64,000 nt of DNA from Gemmatimonadales bacterium (GCA_024278175.1 JAJRTS010000101.1:25950-89949), one strand, 5' to 3'. Numbered from the stretch's first letter, positions 10,184-19,539 are shown. Notes: generated by a model not told the origin, from the sequence alone. Numbers and translations are program-made.

Positions 10184-10287
10184 ACAAAGGATTTAATCCC
10201 TCGCCAACCGTCTACGGACTGATGTTAGTACATTACAAGCGGGGTAATAGTTCCACGGGAGATTGACCGCAGCCGCCGGATTCGGAG

Positions 10288-10872
10288 TTATTCCACCGCG
10301 AAACCGGCGAAACCCAGGAAAGCGATCGACATCAGCCCGGCGCAAATCAGCGCGATCGGCACGCCCTCGAATATCTTCGGCACACGGGCCAGCTCCAGGC
10401 GCTCGCGGATACCGGCCATCAGCACCAGCGCCAGGGTAAAACCCACGCCGGCCGCAAAACCCTGCGTCAACGACTCGATCAGCGACAACTCGTCGTCGAT
10501 ATTGAGCATTGCCACGCCAAGGATAGCGCAGTTGGTTGTGATCAGCGGCAGGAAAATACCAAGTGCCTGATAGAGCGCCGGTGCGGTTTTTTCCAGCGCC
10601 ATCTCGACAAACTGCACCAGGCTGGCGATCACGAGGATGAACACGATCGTGCGCAGATAGGTGATGTCGTAGGTGTGCAGCACCAGGTGGTACAACGGCC
10701 ACGTGACCAGGCTGGCGATAGTCATCACGAAGATAACCGCCATGCCCATCCCGATCGCGCTGCTGATATTGCGGCTGACCCCCATGAACGGGCACAGACC
10801 CAGAAAACGGGAGAGCACGAAGTTATTGATGAACACCGCTGCGATTGCAATCGTGAACAGAGAGTCGAACAT
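10288..10872 (-). CDS. rnfA: Rnf electron-transport complex subunit A
   Basis: INNFVLSRFLGLCPFMGVS N-terminus and six-TM profile typical of RnfA/NqrE. Confidence 0.9.
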   Translation of the reverse strand: MFDSLFTIAIAAVFINNFVLSRFLGLCPFMGVSRNISSAIGMGMAVIFVMTIASLVTWPLYHLVLHTYDITYLRTIVFILVIASLVQFVEMALEKTAPALYQALGIFLPLITTNCAILGVAMLNIDDELSLIESLTQGFAAGVGFTLALVLMAGIRERLELARVPKIFEGVPIALICAGLMSIAFLGFAGFAVE

Positions 10873-11486
10873 TAATCAGCACTCCTGTTGCGCTCTAACT
10901 TGTTGAAAGCGGCCAGCAGCAGCCCGTAGGCGATAAAACCACCCGGGGGCAGGATGAACAGCAACACCGGCCGGAAACTCTCCGGCGTCACCGGCAGACC
11001 GGCCAGCGAACCGCTACCCAGTATCTCGCGCACGCCGCCAAGAATCATCAGCGCCATCGTGAACCCCAGCCCCATCCCCGCCGCATCGAGCAGGGAATAG
11101 CCGACGCCGTTTTTGCTGGCGAACGCCTCGCTGCGGCCCAGGATGATGCAATTGACCACGATCAGCGGGATAAAAATCCCCAGGGCCTTGTGCAAATCGG
11201 GCGTGTAACCGTGCATCAGCAGGTCAACCACGGTGACGAAACTGGCGATTATCACGATAAACGCCGGGATGCGGATCTTGCCGGGAATGACCTTGCGAAA
11301 AATTGACACTACCAGGTTCGAACCCAGCAGCACGAACGTGGTGGCCAGCCCCATCCCCATCCCGTTGACCAGCGAGGTGGTAACCGCCAGCGCGGGACAC
11401 AGCCCCAGCACCAGCCGGAACAGCGGCACCTCGTCCCACAGACCTCTTGCAAAAACTTTCCAGGCTGACACAGCCCTACCCTCCAT
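10872..11486 (-). CDS. rnfE: Rnf electron-transport complex subunit E
   Basis: LWDEVPLFRLVLGLCPALAVTTS is typical of RnfE/NqrD. 1-nt junction with rnfA. Confidence 0.9.
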   Translation of the reverse strand: MEGRAVSAWKVFARGLWDEVPLFRLVLGLCPALAVTTSLVNGMGMGLATTFVLLGSNLVVSIFRKVIPGKIRIPAFIVIIASFVTVVDLLMHGYTPDLHKALGIFIPLIVVNCIILGRSEAFASKNGVGYSLLDAAGMGLGFTMALMILGGVREILGSGSLAGLPVTPESFRPVLLFILPPGGFIAYGLLLAAFNKLERNRSAD

Positions 11487-11498
11487 AAAAAATCGTTG

Positions 11499-12074
11499 CT
11501 AATCGATCACTTGATCCAGACGCTGCACCGTTTCCCGCACGCTTTTCGTTACCGCGCGGGAACTGATAGTAGCGCCGGTAATGGCCTCGATACCGTCCGG
11601 GCCACCGCCTCGAAGGAGCTTCACCGTTTTCTCGGTCTTGCCCCTGAACTGGCTCTGAAACCAGGGTTCTTCCTCGCCCCGGCGTACCTGCTCAATCCTG
11701 GTGCCCAGCCCGGGAGTCTCCTGCTGGCTGGCAACTTTGATCCCGGTGATCGCCAGCGCGGGGTCCACACCCACCATCGTACGGATAGTACTGGAATAGC
11801 CCTTGCCCAGCGCCAGGGCCACATAGCCCACCGGCTCGCCCGATTTCTCTTCGCCCGCGAACCCGCGGTAATAGACAAACCCGTCGCCCGTGGTGTCCTG
11901 CTCGAAAACGGTTGCCGCCGGCAGGGCCGTTTTCATCGCATTGAGCTCCCGCTGATGCTCCACCTCCGCGATTTTATCACGGGTCAGCAGGTAGACATTG
12001 CTCAACACGACGGCCGCGATTACCGTGATCAGCACCAGCGCGCCCACCAGTTCAATAATATCCCGCAACCTCAA
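11499..12074 (-). CDS. rnfG: Rnf complex subunit G (FMN-binding)
   Basis: N-terminal TM helix and the covalent-FMN site motif ITGATISSRAVT. Confidence 0.88.
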   Translation of the reverse strand: MRLRDIIELVGALVLITVIAAVVLSNVYLLTRDKIAEVEHQRELNAMKTALPAATVFEQDTTGDGFVYYRGFAGEEKSGEPVGYVALALGKGYSSTIRTMVGVDPALAITGIKVASQQETPGLGTRIEQVRRGEEEPWFQSQFRGKTEKTVKLLRGGGPDGIEAITGATISSRAVTKSVRETVQRLDQVID

Positions 12075-13120
12075 CTACCTCCGTAAATCTTCGGCTTCGT
12101 ATAAGAATCGATCAGCGGCGTGACGGTATTCATCAGCAAAATAGCGTAGCTTACCCCTTCCGGATAACCGCCCTTGACCCTGATCAGCAGGGTCAGTACG
12201 CCACAGCCCACCGCGAAAATCCATTTGCCCTTGCGGGTCACAGGCGAGGTGACCATGTCGGTGGCCATAAAAAACGCGCCCAGGATCAGGCCGCCGCTGC
12301 ACACGTGAAGCATCACGTTGCCGGTGAAATAGCCCTCGGGGCCGGCGAACACCCAGGCCAGCAGCGCCACCGTGCCAACATAACCGGCCGGCACGCGCCA
12401 GTCGATATAACCCTTGACCAGCAGGTAGAGAGCGCCGATCAGCAGCAGCGCCACGCTGGTCTCGCCGATCACGCCGCCCACTTTTCCCCAGAACAGGCTG
12501 AGAGTATAGTCGAGACCCTGCATCCGCTCCAGCGCCGTGCGGGTGGCTTCCAGTTGCGCCGGGGCCGCCTCGGACGGGTTTTGGAGCAGGGGGGCGATAA
12601 CATTCTTAACAAACTGCAGCGGAGTGGCCTGACTGATCGACTCCAGGTTCAGGCCGCTGAGCGTACCGGCGCGCGGCGCGGGAAAATCTCCGCTTGAAAT
12701 CATGCTGGTGGGCCAGCTCGCCAGCAGGAACGCCCGCGCGGCCAGGGCGGGGTTCCAGATATTGAAGCCCAGGCCGCCGAACAGCTCCTTGACCACGGCG
12801 ATAGCGAACGCGCCGCCCAGAACAGCCATCCACCACGGGGCGTTGGCCGGCAGGTTGAACGCCAGCAACACACCGGTGACAACCGCGGAGAAATCACTGA
12901 TCCTGACCGGAACACCGCGGATTTTCTGGCAAAGCGCCTCGGTACCCACCGCGCTGGCCACCGCGAGCACGATCAGCATGGCGGCACGAAGGCCGAAAAA
13001 GTAGACCGCGCCGATCGTGGCGGGTACCAGCGAAAGGGCGACCGCGATCATGATCCGGGGCACCGATTCGGTGGTGTAAATGTGGGGCGAGCTTGATACC
13101 TTTAGCTTGATATCGGCCAT
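12071..13120 (-). CDS. rnfD: Rnf complex subunit D
   Basis: Polytopic protein with FFMATDMVTSPVTRKG (FMN-attachment region). Start chosen at MADIKLKVSSSPHIY (13120), just after the rnfC stop; the ORF-track extension overlaps rnfC. Confidence 0.9.
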   Translation of the reverse strand: MADIKLKVSSSPHIYTTESVPRIMIAVALSLVPATIGAVYFFGLRAAMLIVLAVASAVGTEALCQKIRGVPVRISDFSAVVTGVLLAFNLPANAPWWMAVLGGAFAIAVVKELFGGLGFNIWNPALAARAFLLASWPTSMISSGDFPAPRAGTLSGLNLESISQATPLQFVKNVIAPLLQNPSEAAPAQLEATRTALERMQGLDYTLSLFWGKVGGVIGETSVALLLIGALYLLVKGYIDWRVPAGYVGTVALLAWVFAGPEGYFTGNVMLHVCSGGLILGAFFMATDMVTSPVTRKGKWIFAVGCGVLTLLIRVKGGYPEGVSYAILLMNTVTPLIDSYTKPKIYGGS

Positions 13121-13125
13121 CGTGG

Positions 13126-14460
13126 TTACTTTTTGTCCTTTTTCTGTCTGTCTTCGTTGATAACACTGTACTTGCCGTAGCGGATCAACTGTACCAGGTT
13201 CCGGCCGGCCGGGCAGGTATAGCTGCAGGAACCGCACTCGATACAATCCTTGACGTGGTACTCGCGGCACTTGTCCCAACGCTCGTGCTCGGCATAGAGC
13301 GCCAGTTCACAGGGCACGAGCCGCACCGGACAGGAGTCCACGCAGCCGCCGCAACGGATACACGTGTCGTGAACAGCCGTGGGCACGGGGCGCTCGATCA
13401 GGACCAGGCCGTTGGTGCCCTTGAGCACCGGCACGTCCAGGCCCGGCAGCGCCAGACCCATCATCGGCCCGCCCATGATCACCTTGCCCAGGTTCTCCGG
13501 GATTTCACCCTCAACCTGGGTCAGCACATCCAGGACCGAAGTCCCCACACGCACCAGGTAGTTACCGGGATTTCTGACCGCCCCGGTGATCGTGACCACC
13601 TTGTCGATCAGCGGACGGCCCTTTGTCACCGCGTCATAGATGGATAAAACAGTGCTGACATTCTGGATCACGCAGCCGACATCCATCGGCAGCCCGCCGC
13701 TGGGCACCTGACGGCCCGTGAGTGCTTCGACAAGTTGCTTCTCGCCACCCTGCGGGTACTTGGTCTTAAGCGGCGCGGCCTCGATACCGTGCTCACCGGC
13801 CAGCAGGGAATCCAGGGCGGCCAGCGCCTCGGGCTTATTGTCCTCCACGGCCACCAGTGTTCTTTCGCAGCCCAGAATCCTGACAACGAGTTTGATCCCC
13901 TCGATCAGGTCCTCTGTCCGCTCCAGCATCTGACGGTAGTCGGCGTTGAGGAAAGGCTCGCACTCGGCGCCGTTAATCAGCAGTGTGTCGATCTTCTTGT
14001 CCGCTGGCGGAGAGAGTTTGACATGGGTGGGAAACGCCGCGCCGCCCAGCCCCACAATCCCGGCGTCCTGGATCATCTTCCTGAGCTGGTCAATGTCGAT
14101 CTGTCGCCAGTCGCGCTCGGCGGCGGCTCCAGCGGCCCACGCATCCTCGCCGTCGCCCTCGATCACCACCGCTTCGGTCGCCACCCCGGCCGGGTGCATG
14201 TAGCTGCCCACGGCTTTTACCTTGCCGCTGAGAGTGGCGTGAAGCGGTACGCTGATAAAACCGCCGGCGCTGGCGAGAACATCGCCCACCTTAACCTCGT
14301 CGCCCTTAGCTACCACGCACTTAACCGGCGCGCCGATATGCTGTTGCAGCGGCAGAATCACCCGGGCCGGCAGCGCCAGCCTCTCGATCTTTTTGTCTCT
14401 GGTGGCTTCTTTGGAATCAGGCGGATGTACTCCGCCGGGGAAAGTGGCTTGCTTGAGCAT
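13126..14460 (-). CDS. rnfC: Rnf complex subunit C (NADH-binding, 2x[4Fe-4S])
   Basis: GLGGAAFPTHVKL plus two ferredoxin motifs, CIRCGGCVDSCP and CIECGSCSYTCP. Confidence 0.92.
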   Translation of the reverse strand: MLKQATFPGGVHPPDSKEATRDKKIERLALPARVILPLQQHIGAPVKCVVAKGDEVKVGDVLASAGGFISVPLHATLSGKVKAVGSYMHPAGVATEAVVIEGDGEDAWAAGAAAERDWRQIDIDQLRKMIQDAGIVGLGGAAFPTHVKLSPPADKKIDTLLINGAECEPFLNADYRQMLERTEDLIEGIKLVVRILGCERTLVAVEDNKPEALAALDSLLAGEHGIEAAPLKTKYPQGGEKQLVEALTGRQVPSGGLPMDVGCVIQNVSTVLSIYDAVTKGRPLIDKVVTITGAVRNPGNYLVRVGTSVLDVLTQVEGEIPENLGKVIMGGPMMGLALPGLDVPVLKGTNGLVLIERPVPTAVHDTCIRCGGCVDSCPVRLVPCELALYAEHERWDKCREYHVKDCIECGSCSYTCPAGRNLVQLIRYGKYSVINEDRQKKDKK

Positions 14461-14490
14461 CTGTTTACAATTCTTCCAGTTAACTATTGA

Positions 14491-14653
14491 TGGCTTCGTA
14501 AAAAGTTCATCTACTTCGTTGCGTAAGATTATCTCGTCACTGCAGCGTACCGTCAGTACGCCTCATTTCTCGAAATTTGCGCGCCTCGTATATGAAGCTT
14601 TTTACTTTGCCATTCTGAATAATCGGACTTTTTACGACACCGTCAACTATTGA
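14491..14653. repeat. copy A of a ~160-bp intergenic repeat (MITE-like element or structured RNA)
   Basis: Aligns by eye over its full length with 55121-55280, with identical blocks tggcttcgtaaaaagt, tttgcgcgcctcgta and gctttttactttgcc. Imperfect terminal inverted repeats ggcttcgtaaaaagttc / ggactttttacgacacc. Flanked by near-identical 12-mers gttaactattga (14479-14490) and gtcaactattga (14642-14653). Confidence 0.75.
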
Positions 14654-14655
14654 TC

Positions 14656-15120
14656 TCAACCGTTGCCGGGGACGCGATCGAGTTCCTTGATCTTCTGCTC
14701 AAACTCGCTGACCGCCTCGAACCTGTAATAGACCGACGCGAACCTGACATAGGCCACCGGGTCGATATCCTTCAGGAAGCGAACCATGATCTCGCCAAGC
14801 TTGTTACTGGGCACTTCACTGCTGTTGAGCTTGTCGATTTCTTTCTCTACGGAGAGAATCAGGCTATCGATCTCATCCATTCTGACCGGGCGCTTCTTGC
14901 AGGCCGTAATCAAACCCATCTTGAGCTTTTCCCGGTTGTACGGTTCCCGCCGCCCGTCGTTCTTAATCACCATCAGCGGGATTTTTTCGATATATTCATA
15001 GGTGGTGAAACGCCGTTTACAGTCCTCGCACTCCCTCCGGCGACGGATCAACGATCCGTCCTTTACCGAGCGCGAGTCCACCACCCGGCTGTCCTGAAAA
15101 TTGCAAAAGGGACATTTCAT
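14656..15120 (-). CDS. nrdR: transcriptional repressor NrdR
   Basis: Zinc ribbon MKCPFCNFQDSRVVDSR...CEDCKRRFTTYE followed by an ATP-cone. Confidence 0.93.
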   Translation of the reverse strand: MKCPFCNFQDSRVVDSRSVKDGSLIRRRRECEDCKRRFTTYEYIEKIPLMVIKNDGRREPYNREKLKMGLITACKKRPVRMDEIDSLILSVEKEIDKLNSSEVPSNKLGEIMVRFLKDIDPVAYVRFASVYYRFEAVSEFEQKIKELDRVPGNG

Positions 15121-15127
15121 CGTTTCA

Positions 15128-15916
15128 CTACTGGTTCAGTCTGGCACCGGCCAGTTCGGCCGCTTTGGAGTCGGGGAACTTCTGAATCACGTGTTGGAAG
15201 TATGTTTCACCCCTCGAGGTATCGCCGAGCTTGATCAGGCTGTCACCGATTTTGAACAGGGCGTCCGGGTGAAGTTCCGAGTCGGGGTACTTTTCCACTA
15301 TCGACTTGTAACTGGATATCGCCTGCTCAAACTTGTTCAACGCCTGATAGCTGTTGCCCATGTACAGGTAAGCCTGCGGCGCCAGCGGGGTATCAGGGTA
15401 ACTCTGAACAAAATCGGAAAACCCTTCCACCGCAAGCTGAAAATTGGACGAAGTATAATCCTTGTAGGCCAAATCGTACAATTCCCGCCTGCCGGGTCCC
15501 TGAGGGGCTTCTTCCCGGCCCGGCTGCTGCCGCCCCGCGCCGCCGCCCGGAGCAACACTCCTGCCCGCTAACCGGCCGATCCGACTTTCCGTATCACCTA
15601 ATCGTTGCTCGATGACCGCCAGCCGGTCGGTAAGCTGGCGCACATCGGCTCCGAAATCGGCGTTGAAACGGTCCATGCCCTCTACCCGCTGCCTGATCAA
15701 GCTATCCAGGACAGTAAGCTGGTGTTGTATCTGCCGCTGATCCTGCTTGATGCCGAACACTTCCGAGCGCAGCAACTGCACCTGCTCCTTAGCTACTCCC
15801 CCGCAACCCGCCACCATGACAACCACCGGCAAAAGAGCCAGAACCACCAACCTGCGTGCGTTAAACGCACTGAGTCCCATGAGTGTCTCGTCCGCTACGG
15901 TAGTCATTGGTTTCAT
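15128..15916 (-). CDS. cpoB: Tol-Pal system protein CpoB/YbgF (coiled coil + TPR)
   Basis: Signal/lipobox (VMVAGCGG), Q/L-rich coiled coil, and C-terminal TPR block YDLAYKDYTSSNFQLAVEGFSDFVQSYPDTPLAPQAYLYMGNSY... Lies immediately downstream of pal. Confidence 0.8.
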   Translation of the reverse strand: MKPMTTVADETLMGLSAFNARRLVVLALLPVVVMVAGCGGVAKEQVQLLRSEVFGIKQDQRQIQHQLTVLDSLIRQRVEGMDRFNADFGADVRQLTDRLAVIEQRLGDTESRIGRLAGRSVAPGGGAGRQQPGREEAPQGPGRRELYDLAYKDYTSSNFQLAVEGFSDFVQSYPDTPLAPQAYLYMGNSYQALNKFEQAISSYKSIVEKYPDSELHPDALFKIGDSLIKLGDTSRGETYFQHVIQKFPDSKAAELAGARLNQ

Positions 15917-16111
15917 GAGTCTCCAGCCCTTTCAAAGCAATTCGGGCGCCGGCTAGCAGGCGCCCTGAGGGATGGGGCTGAATCGGTATGACCGGCGACA
16001 TGTAAGAAGCTGGACGCCGCGGCCGACTTGGGGATAAGCTTCGGCGGCCGCCCCATTGAGCGGGACGGCCGCCTTGGCCGATGTATCCTTAAAATCATGT
16101 GAGGCTAAGCT

Positions 16112-16639
16112 TTAGTTGCTGACCATGAATTCGTCGCGCCTGTTCTTGGCCCAGGCTGCTTCATTATGGCCCTCTGCGGCTGGCTTTTCCTCGCCCCAGC
16201 TCTTTGTGTCGATTCTACTGCCGCTGATACCGGCATCGATCAGGAACTTCTTGGCCGCGTTGGCCCTGCGCTCACCGAGGGCCAGGTTGTAAGCGGCGGT
16301 TCCACGCTCATCGCAATGACCGCTGATCTGAAGCCTGATTTCGGAAAACTCCTTCATCTTCTCGACAACGGTATAGAGGGAGGAACGGTACTCGTCCCTG
16401 ATCTCACTCTTGTCATAATCGAAATAGATCGTGCTCCGATTGATCTCGCTCTTGGCTCTGGCCAGAGCTTCGGCGCGCATACGAGCCTTGATCGCGGCGC
16501 TGTCCACCTTAACCTCGGGCTTCTTCTCTACAACCGGAGGCGGAGGCGGCGGTGGGGGCGGAGCCTCTTTTTTATGGCACCCGATCGTCATCGAAAGAAG
16601 AATAGCCGACAATGGAAGAACCAGATACTTCTTCTTCAC
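16112..16639 (-). CDS. pal: peptidoglycan-associated lipoprotein (OmpA-like)
   Basis: Lipobox LSMTIGC, a poly-Pro linker, and the OmpA-C domain ISGHCDERGTAAYNLALGERRANAAKKFL. Confidence 0.9.
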   Translation of the reverse strand: MKKKYLVLPLSAILLSMTIGCHKKEAPPPPPPPPPVVEKKPEVKVDSAAIKARMRAEALARAKSEINRSTIYFDYDKSEIRDEYRSSLYTVVEKMKEFSEIRLQISGHCDERGTAAYNLALGERRANAAKKFLIDAGISGSRIDTKSWGEEKPAAEGHNEAAWAKNRRDEFMVSN

Positions 16640-16762
16640 AGAAACACCCCCGGATCTGAGGTTATCACTGAAAAACTAAGAGCAAAATTGTCAACAGACA
16701 GGAATTCAGAGTTTCTAAGTGATTGGCCAGAAACGCCGAAATGGCCTTCACCAGTACGTATG

Positions 16763-16790
16763 ATTATACAGCATTATTGATCAATGTCAA
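16763..16790 (-). promoter_or_regulatory. consensus sigma70-type promoter upstream of pal
   Basis: On the minus strand, TTGACA (16790-16785), 16-nt spacer, TATAAT (16768-16763), in the tolB-pal spacer about 125 nt upstream of the pal ATG. Confidence 0.55.
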
Positions 16791-16878
16791 GATAAAAAAG
16801 GGATTTTATCAGACCCTCGCCGGAAATACTAAAATCTCCTGGTTTCGCCTCCTTTCAAGCCTTTGAGCGTCTGACGAA

Positions 16879-18261
16879 CTAACGGTCCAGATACGGCGAC
16901 CAACTGGGTTCCTTGCCCGGAGCCCAGGAGGAATTCAACGGCCGCTGGGAGTTGCCGTCCCAGTCCATCGTATAAACCTCGAACCGGCCCCTGCCCCCGC
17001 GACGGTCGCTGGCAAAGACGATATGCAAACCGTCCGGGCTCCAGGTGGCGTCGCGGTTCTCTCCCCGGGTCGTGAGCTGAATGAAGTTATCGCCGTTCGT
17101 GTCGATAATGGCTATCTGAAAGATACCACCGATCTCGCTGGTGACAAGTATCTTGTCTCCGTAGGGCAGCGGCCGCCAGCGCGGAGTGGTGTTGCGGCTC
17201 TCAAAAGTGAGCCGCCGCACGTTGAGCCCGTCGGCCCCCATCAGAAAGATATGCGGATTTCCCGCCCGCGTGCTGGTAAACGCCAGCTCCTCACCGTTGG
17301 GGCTCCAGGTGGGATCGAAATCATCGGCATAACTGAACGTGAGCCTGTTGGGACGCGTTTCTCCGGGACGCAGGAAATAAATTTCCTGGTTGCCGCTGAC
17401 TCCGCTGGAAAAGGCCAGGAACCCGTTGCGGTCACACCAGTGGGCCACCATGTCCACCCCCAGCGCCGCATGCAGCAGGGAAACCTTGCGCGTGGCCAGA
17501 TCCACCGCGTAAAGGTCGGGGTCGGTAACTATGTTCTTAAACGCCGTGTAGGCCAGCCGCGCCCCATCGGGGCTCCACGACGGCAGCTTGACAATCGTGT
17601 TCTCGTTGGTGATCCGCGCCACGCCATACCCGTCGTAATCGGAAGTATAGACCTCGGTGACATTCTCCGGGTGGTCGCGCACGAAAGCGATCCGGGTGGT
17701 GGCCACCCCGCGCTCGCCTGTGACATTGAGCACCACATCGTCGCTGATCCGATGACCCACCAGCCGCCACTGGTCGAAACTGACCGTATAGTTCTTGAGG
17801 GAAACCAGGTCCTCGAGCCCCAGATCGTAAACCCTGATCTCGGCCACCGGCTTGCCGCCCAACTCAAAAAACGAGCCCGCCACCAGGTATTCGGCGCCGG
17901 TGGCCTTCCAGCCGCGGAAATCCACCGAACCCTTCGCACTCTCCAGCGCGGCGACAGTCAGCTCGTCGAACCGGCGGTTCATCAGCTCGAAACGAAGGCT
18001 GAAATCCAGGTCGGCGATCACGATATCGCGAATCCGGCGCAAGACCTCCGCACTGTCGGTGAGCGAGGGGCTGACCGCCGGCATGGAGGCCACGGCCACT
18101 TTGTAGCGATGAATCCGGCTGGTGGTGATCCGGGTGTGGATTTCGCCCTCGGGCAGGACGCCGGAGGACGGCGGGGCCTGGGCGGAAATCGTCAGCGGCA
18201 GCGCCGCACATGCAAGCAGGATAGCAATAACCCTGTTAAACAGCCTGGTCGTTGTGGTCAT
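16879..18261 (-). CDS. tolB: Tol-Pal system beta-propeller protein TolB
   Basis: Signal peptide and repeated WSPDG blades (PSWSPDGARLAY, PTWSPNGEELAF, ATWSPDGLHIVF). Confidence 0.9.
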   Translation of the reverse strand: MTTTTRLFNRVIAILLACAALPLTISAQAPPSSGVLPEGEIHTRITTSRIHRYKVAVASMPAVSPSLTDSAEVLRRIRDIVIADLDFSLRFELMNRRFDELTVAALESAKGSVDFRGWKATGAEYLVAGSFFELGGKPVAEIRVYDLGLEDLVSLKNYTVSFDQWRLVGHRISDDVVLNVTGERGVATTRIAFVRDHPENVTEVYTSDYDGYGVARITNENTIVKLPSWSPDGARLAYTAFKNIVTDPDLYAVDLATRKVSLLHAALGVDMVAHWCDRNGFLAFSSGVSGNQEIYFLRPGETRPNRLTFSYADDFDPTWSPNGEELAFTSTRAGNPHIFLMGADGLNVRRLTFESRNTTPRWRPLPYGDKILVTSEIGGIFQIAIIDTNGDNFIQLTTRGENRDATWSPDGLHIVFASDRRGGRGRFEVYTMDWDGNSQRPLNSSWAPGKEPSWSPYLDR

Positions 18262-18911
18262 TGTTTCCGATATTCGAAATCCAAGTGGACTGTCAATCGC
18301 GATTCCCCGTAGTCGGGCGGGAGTTGAGTCAGCGGACTGGAATTGATCACGGCCCTCAGGGCGGCGCGGTCGAACGAGGCCTCGCCGCTGGACTTCTCCA
18401 CCCTGGCGTCATCGATCCGGCCATCGCGCTGGATGCGGAAGTAAATCGTGCACAGCACCACTTCCGCCTGGCCGGCATAGGGATTGCGCCAGTTCCGGCT
18501 GATCCTGTTAATCATCAGCCGCAAATACCAGGGAAACTCGAACTGCTCGTCACTGCGCATCCCGCTCAGAGCCTGATCGGATTGCTGCTGCTGGATCAGC
18601 CGCTTATCCGTCTGCTGCCGCTTTTTCTGAGGCTTGGCTTTTTTCTGCTTGGGCTTGAGCCTCTTCTTCTCTTCCGGCGGCGGCGGGATAGTCTCCACGT
18701 CCACCTCCGGCGCCACTTCCTCCACCGGCGCCGCCTGGACTTCCGGCATACTCAGAATCCGCACCTGGTAAACCTGCGGCACACTGATTGTGGCGGAGCG
18801 CTCCCAACCGAAATAGTAAAGCAGCAGCAGCAGGCCCACGTGGGTGACTATCGAGATGATAAACGCTTTACGCATCGGCCGCACCGCTGCTTGAATAAGC
18901 TTACTCCGCAA
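18258..18911 (-). CDS. TonB/TolA-family energy-transducer protein
   Basis: N-terminal TM anchor, a Pro/Lys/Glu-rich linker, and a TonB-C-like end (IYFRIQRDGRIDDARVEKSSGEASFDRAALRAV). 4-nt overlap with the tolB start. Its position corresponds to tolA. Confidence 0.8.
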   Translation of the reverse strand: MRSKLIQAAVRPMRKAFIISIVTHVGLLLLLYYFGWERSATISVPQVYQVRILSMPEVQAAPVEEVAPEVDVETIPPPPEEKKRLKPKQKKAKPQKKRQQTDKRLIQQQQSDQALSGMRSDEQFEFPWYLRLMINRISRNWRNPYAGQAEVVLCTIYFRIQRDGRIDDARVEKSSGEASFDRAALRAVINSSPLTQLPPDYGESRLTVHLDFEYRKQ

Positions 18912-19004
18912 TCAAGCGGCTCAGGTAGCAAACAAATAAATCAGGCGGGCGAACTACAAGGCCCGCCCCTGCCGCCAGGCGAGAGCCGGTTAGCCCAAAA
19001 GCCC

Positions 19005-19436
19005 CTAGGGCCTTTCGCGCACCAGTCCGGCGGCCGAGGGCTCGGCAACCAGCCCCATCGACTCGAACCCGGCCTTGCGGATCTCGCCCATTACCATGAT
19101 CACCTTGCGGTAGGCGATATCCTCGTCCGCGCGCAGGTAGACCGACTTGGACTTGAGGTTGTTGTAATACTCGCTCAGCCTGTCGGCCAGCTCGGCCTCG
19201 GACACGGCCTCCTCGTCCAGGAAAATCCCCTTGTCCTTGCTGATCGTGACCACCAGGCCCGTGAACGTAAAACTCTGGGCCGTATGGGTCTTGGGCAGCA
19301 CCACCTCGATTCCGCCCTGGAACAGGGGGGTGGAGATCATGAAGATGATCAGCAGGGTGAGCGTCACATCCACCAGGCTGGTGACATTGATCTCGCTCAT
19401 CAGGTGATTTTCGTATTCTTTTTTGAATCTGGGCAT
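19005..19436 (-). CDS. tolR: biopolymer transport protein TolR/ExbD
   Basis: EINVTSLVDVTLTLLIIFM TM segment and ExbD fold length (143 aa). Confidence 0.88.
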   Translation of the reverse strand: MPRFKKEYENHLMSEINVTSLVDVTLTLLIIFMISTPLFQGGIEVVLPKTHTAQSFTFTGLVVTISKDKGIFLDEEAVSEAELADRLSEYYNNLKSKSVYLRADEDIAYRKVIMVMGEIRKAGFESMGLVAEPSAAGLVRERP

Positions 19437-19539
19437 GGTCTTTATCGTTTAAGAGGGCGGTAAAAAAATACCGGGCACAAACCGCCTAACCACAATCTGT
19501 AGTGGTTACCTTAGCGAAGTGAATCCGCTCATTGCAATA

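Noticed and set aside
10193-10795. 200-aa minus-strand ORF overlapping rnfA in another frame.
   Set aside because: The translation is Arg/Gly/Pro/His-rich with no membrane or domain features. rnfA in the overlapping frame is unambiguous.
11310-11335. ggttcgaaccc string resembling a tRNA T-arm.
   Set aside because: It lies inside the rnfE coding sequence, and no acceptor or anticodon arms can be drawn around it. No tRNA-like cloverleaf was found in any intergenic spacer.
14620-14640. AAAGTCCG-like string (reverse complement) reminiscent of the RNase P RNA conserved GAAAGTCC motif.
   Set aside because: It is part of the inverted-repeat terminus of the 160-bp repeat. The element is far too short and lacks the other RNase P conserved regions.
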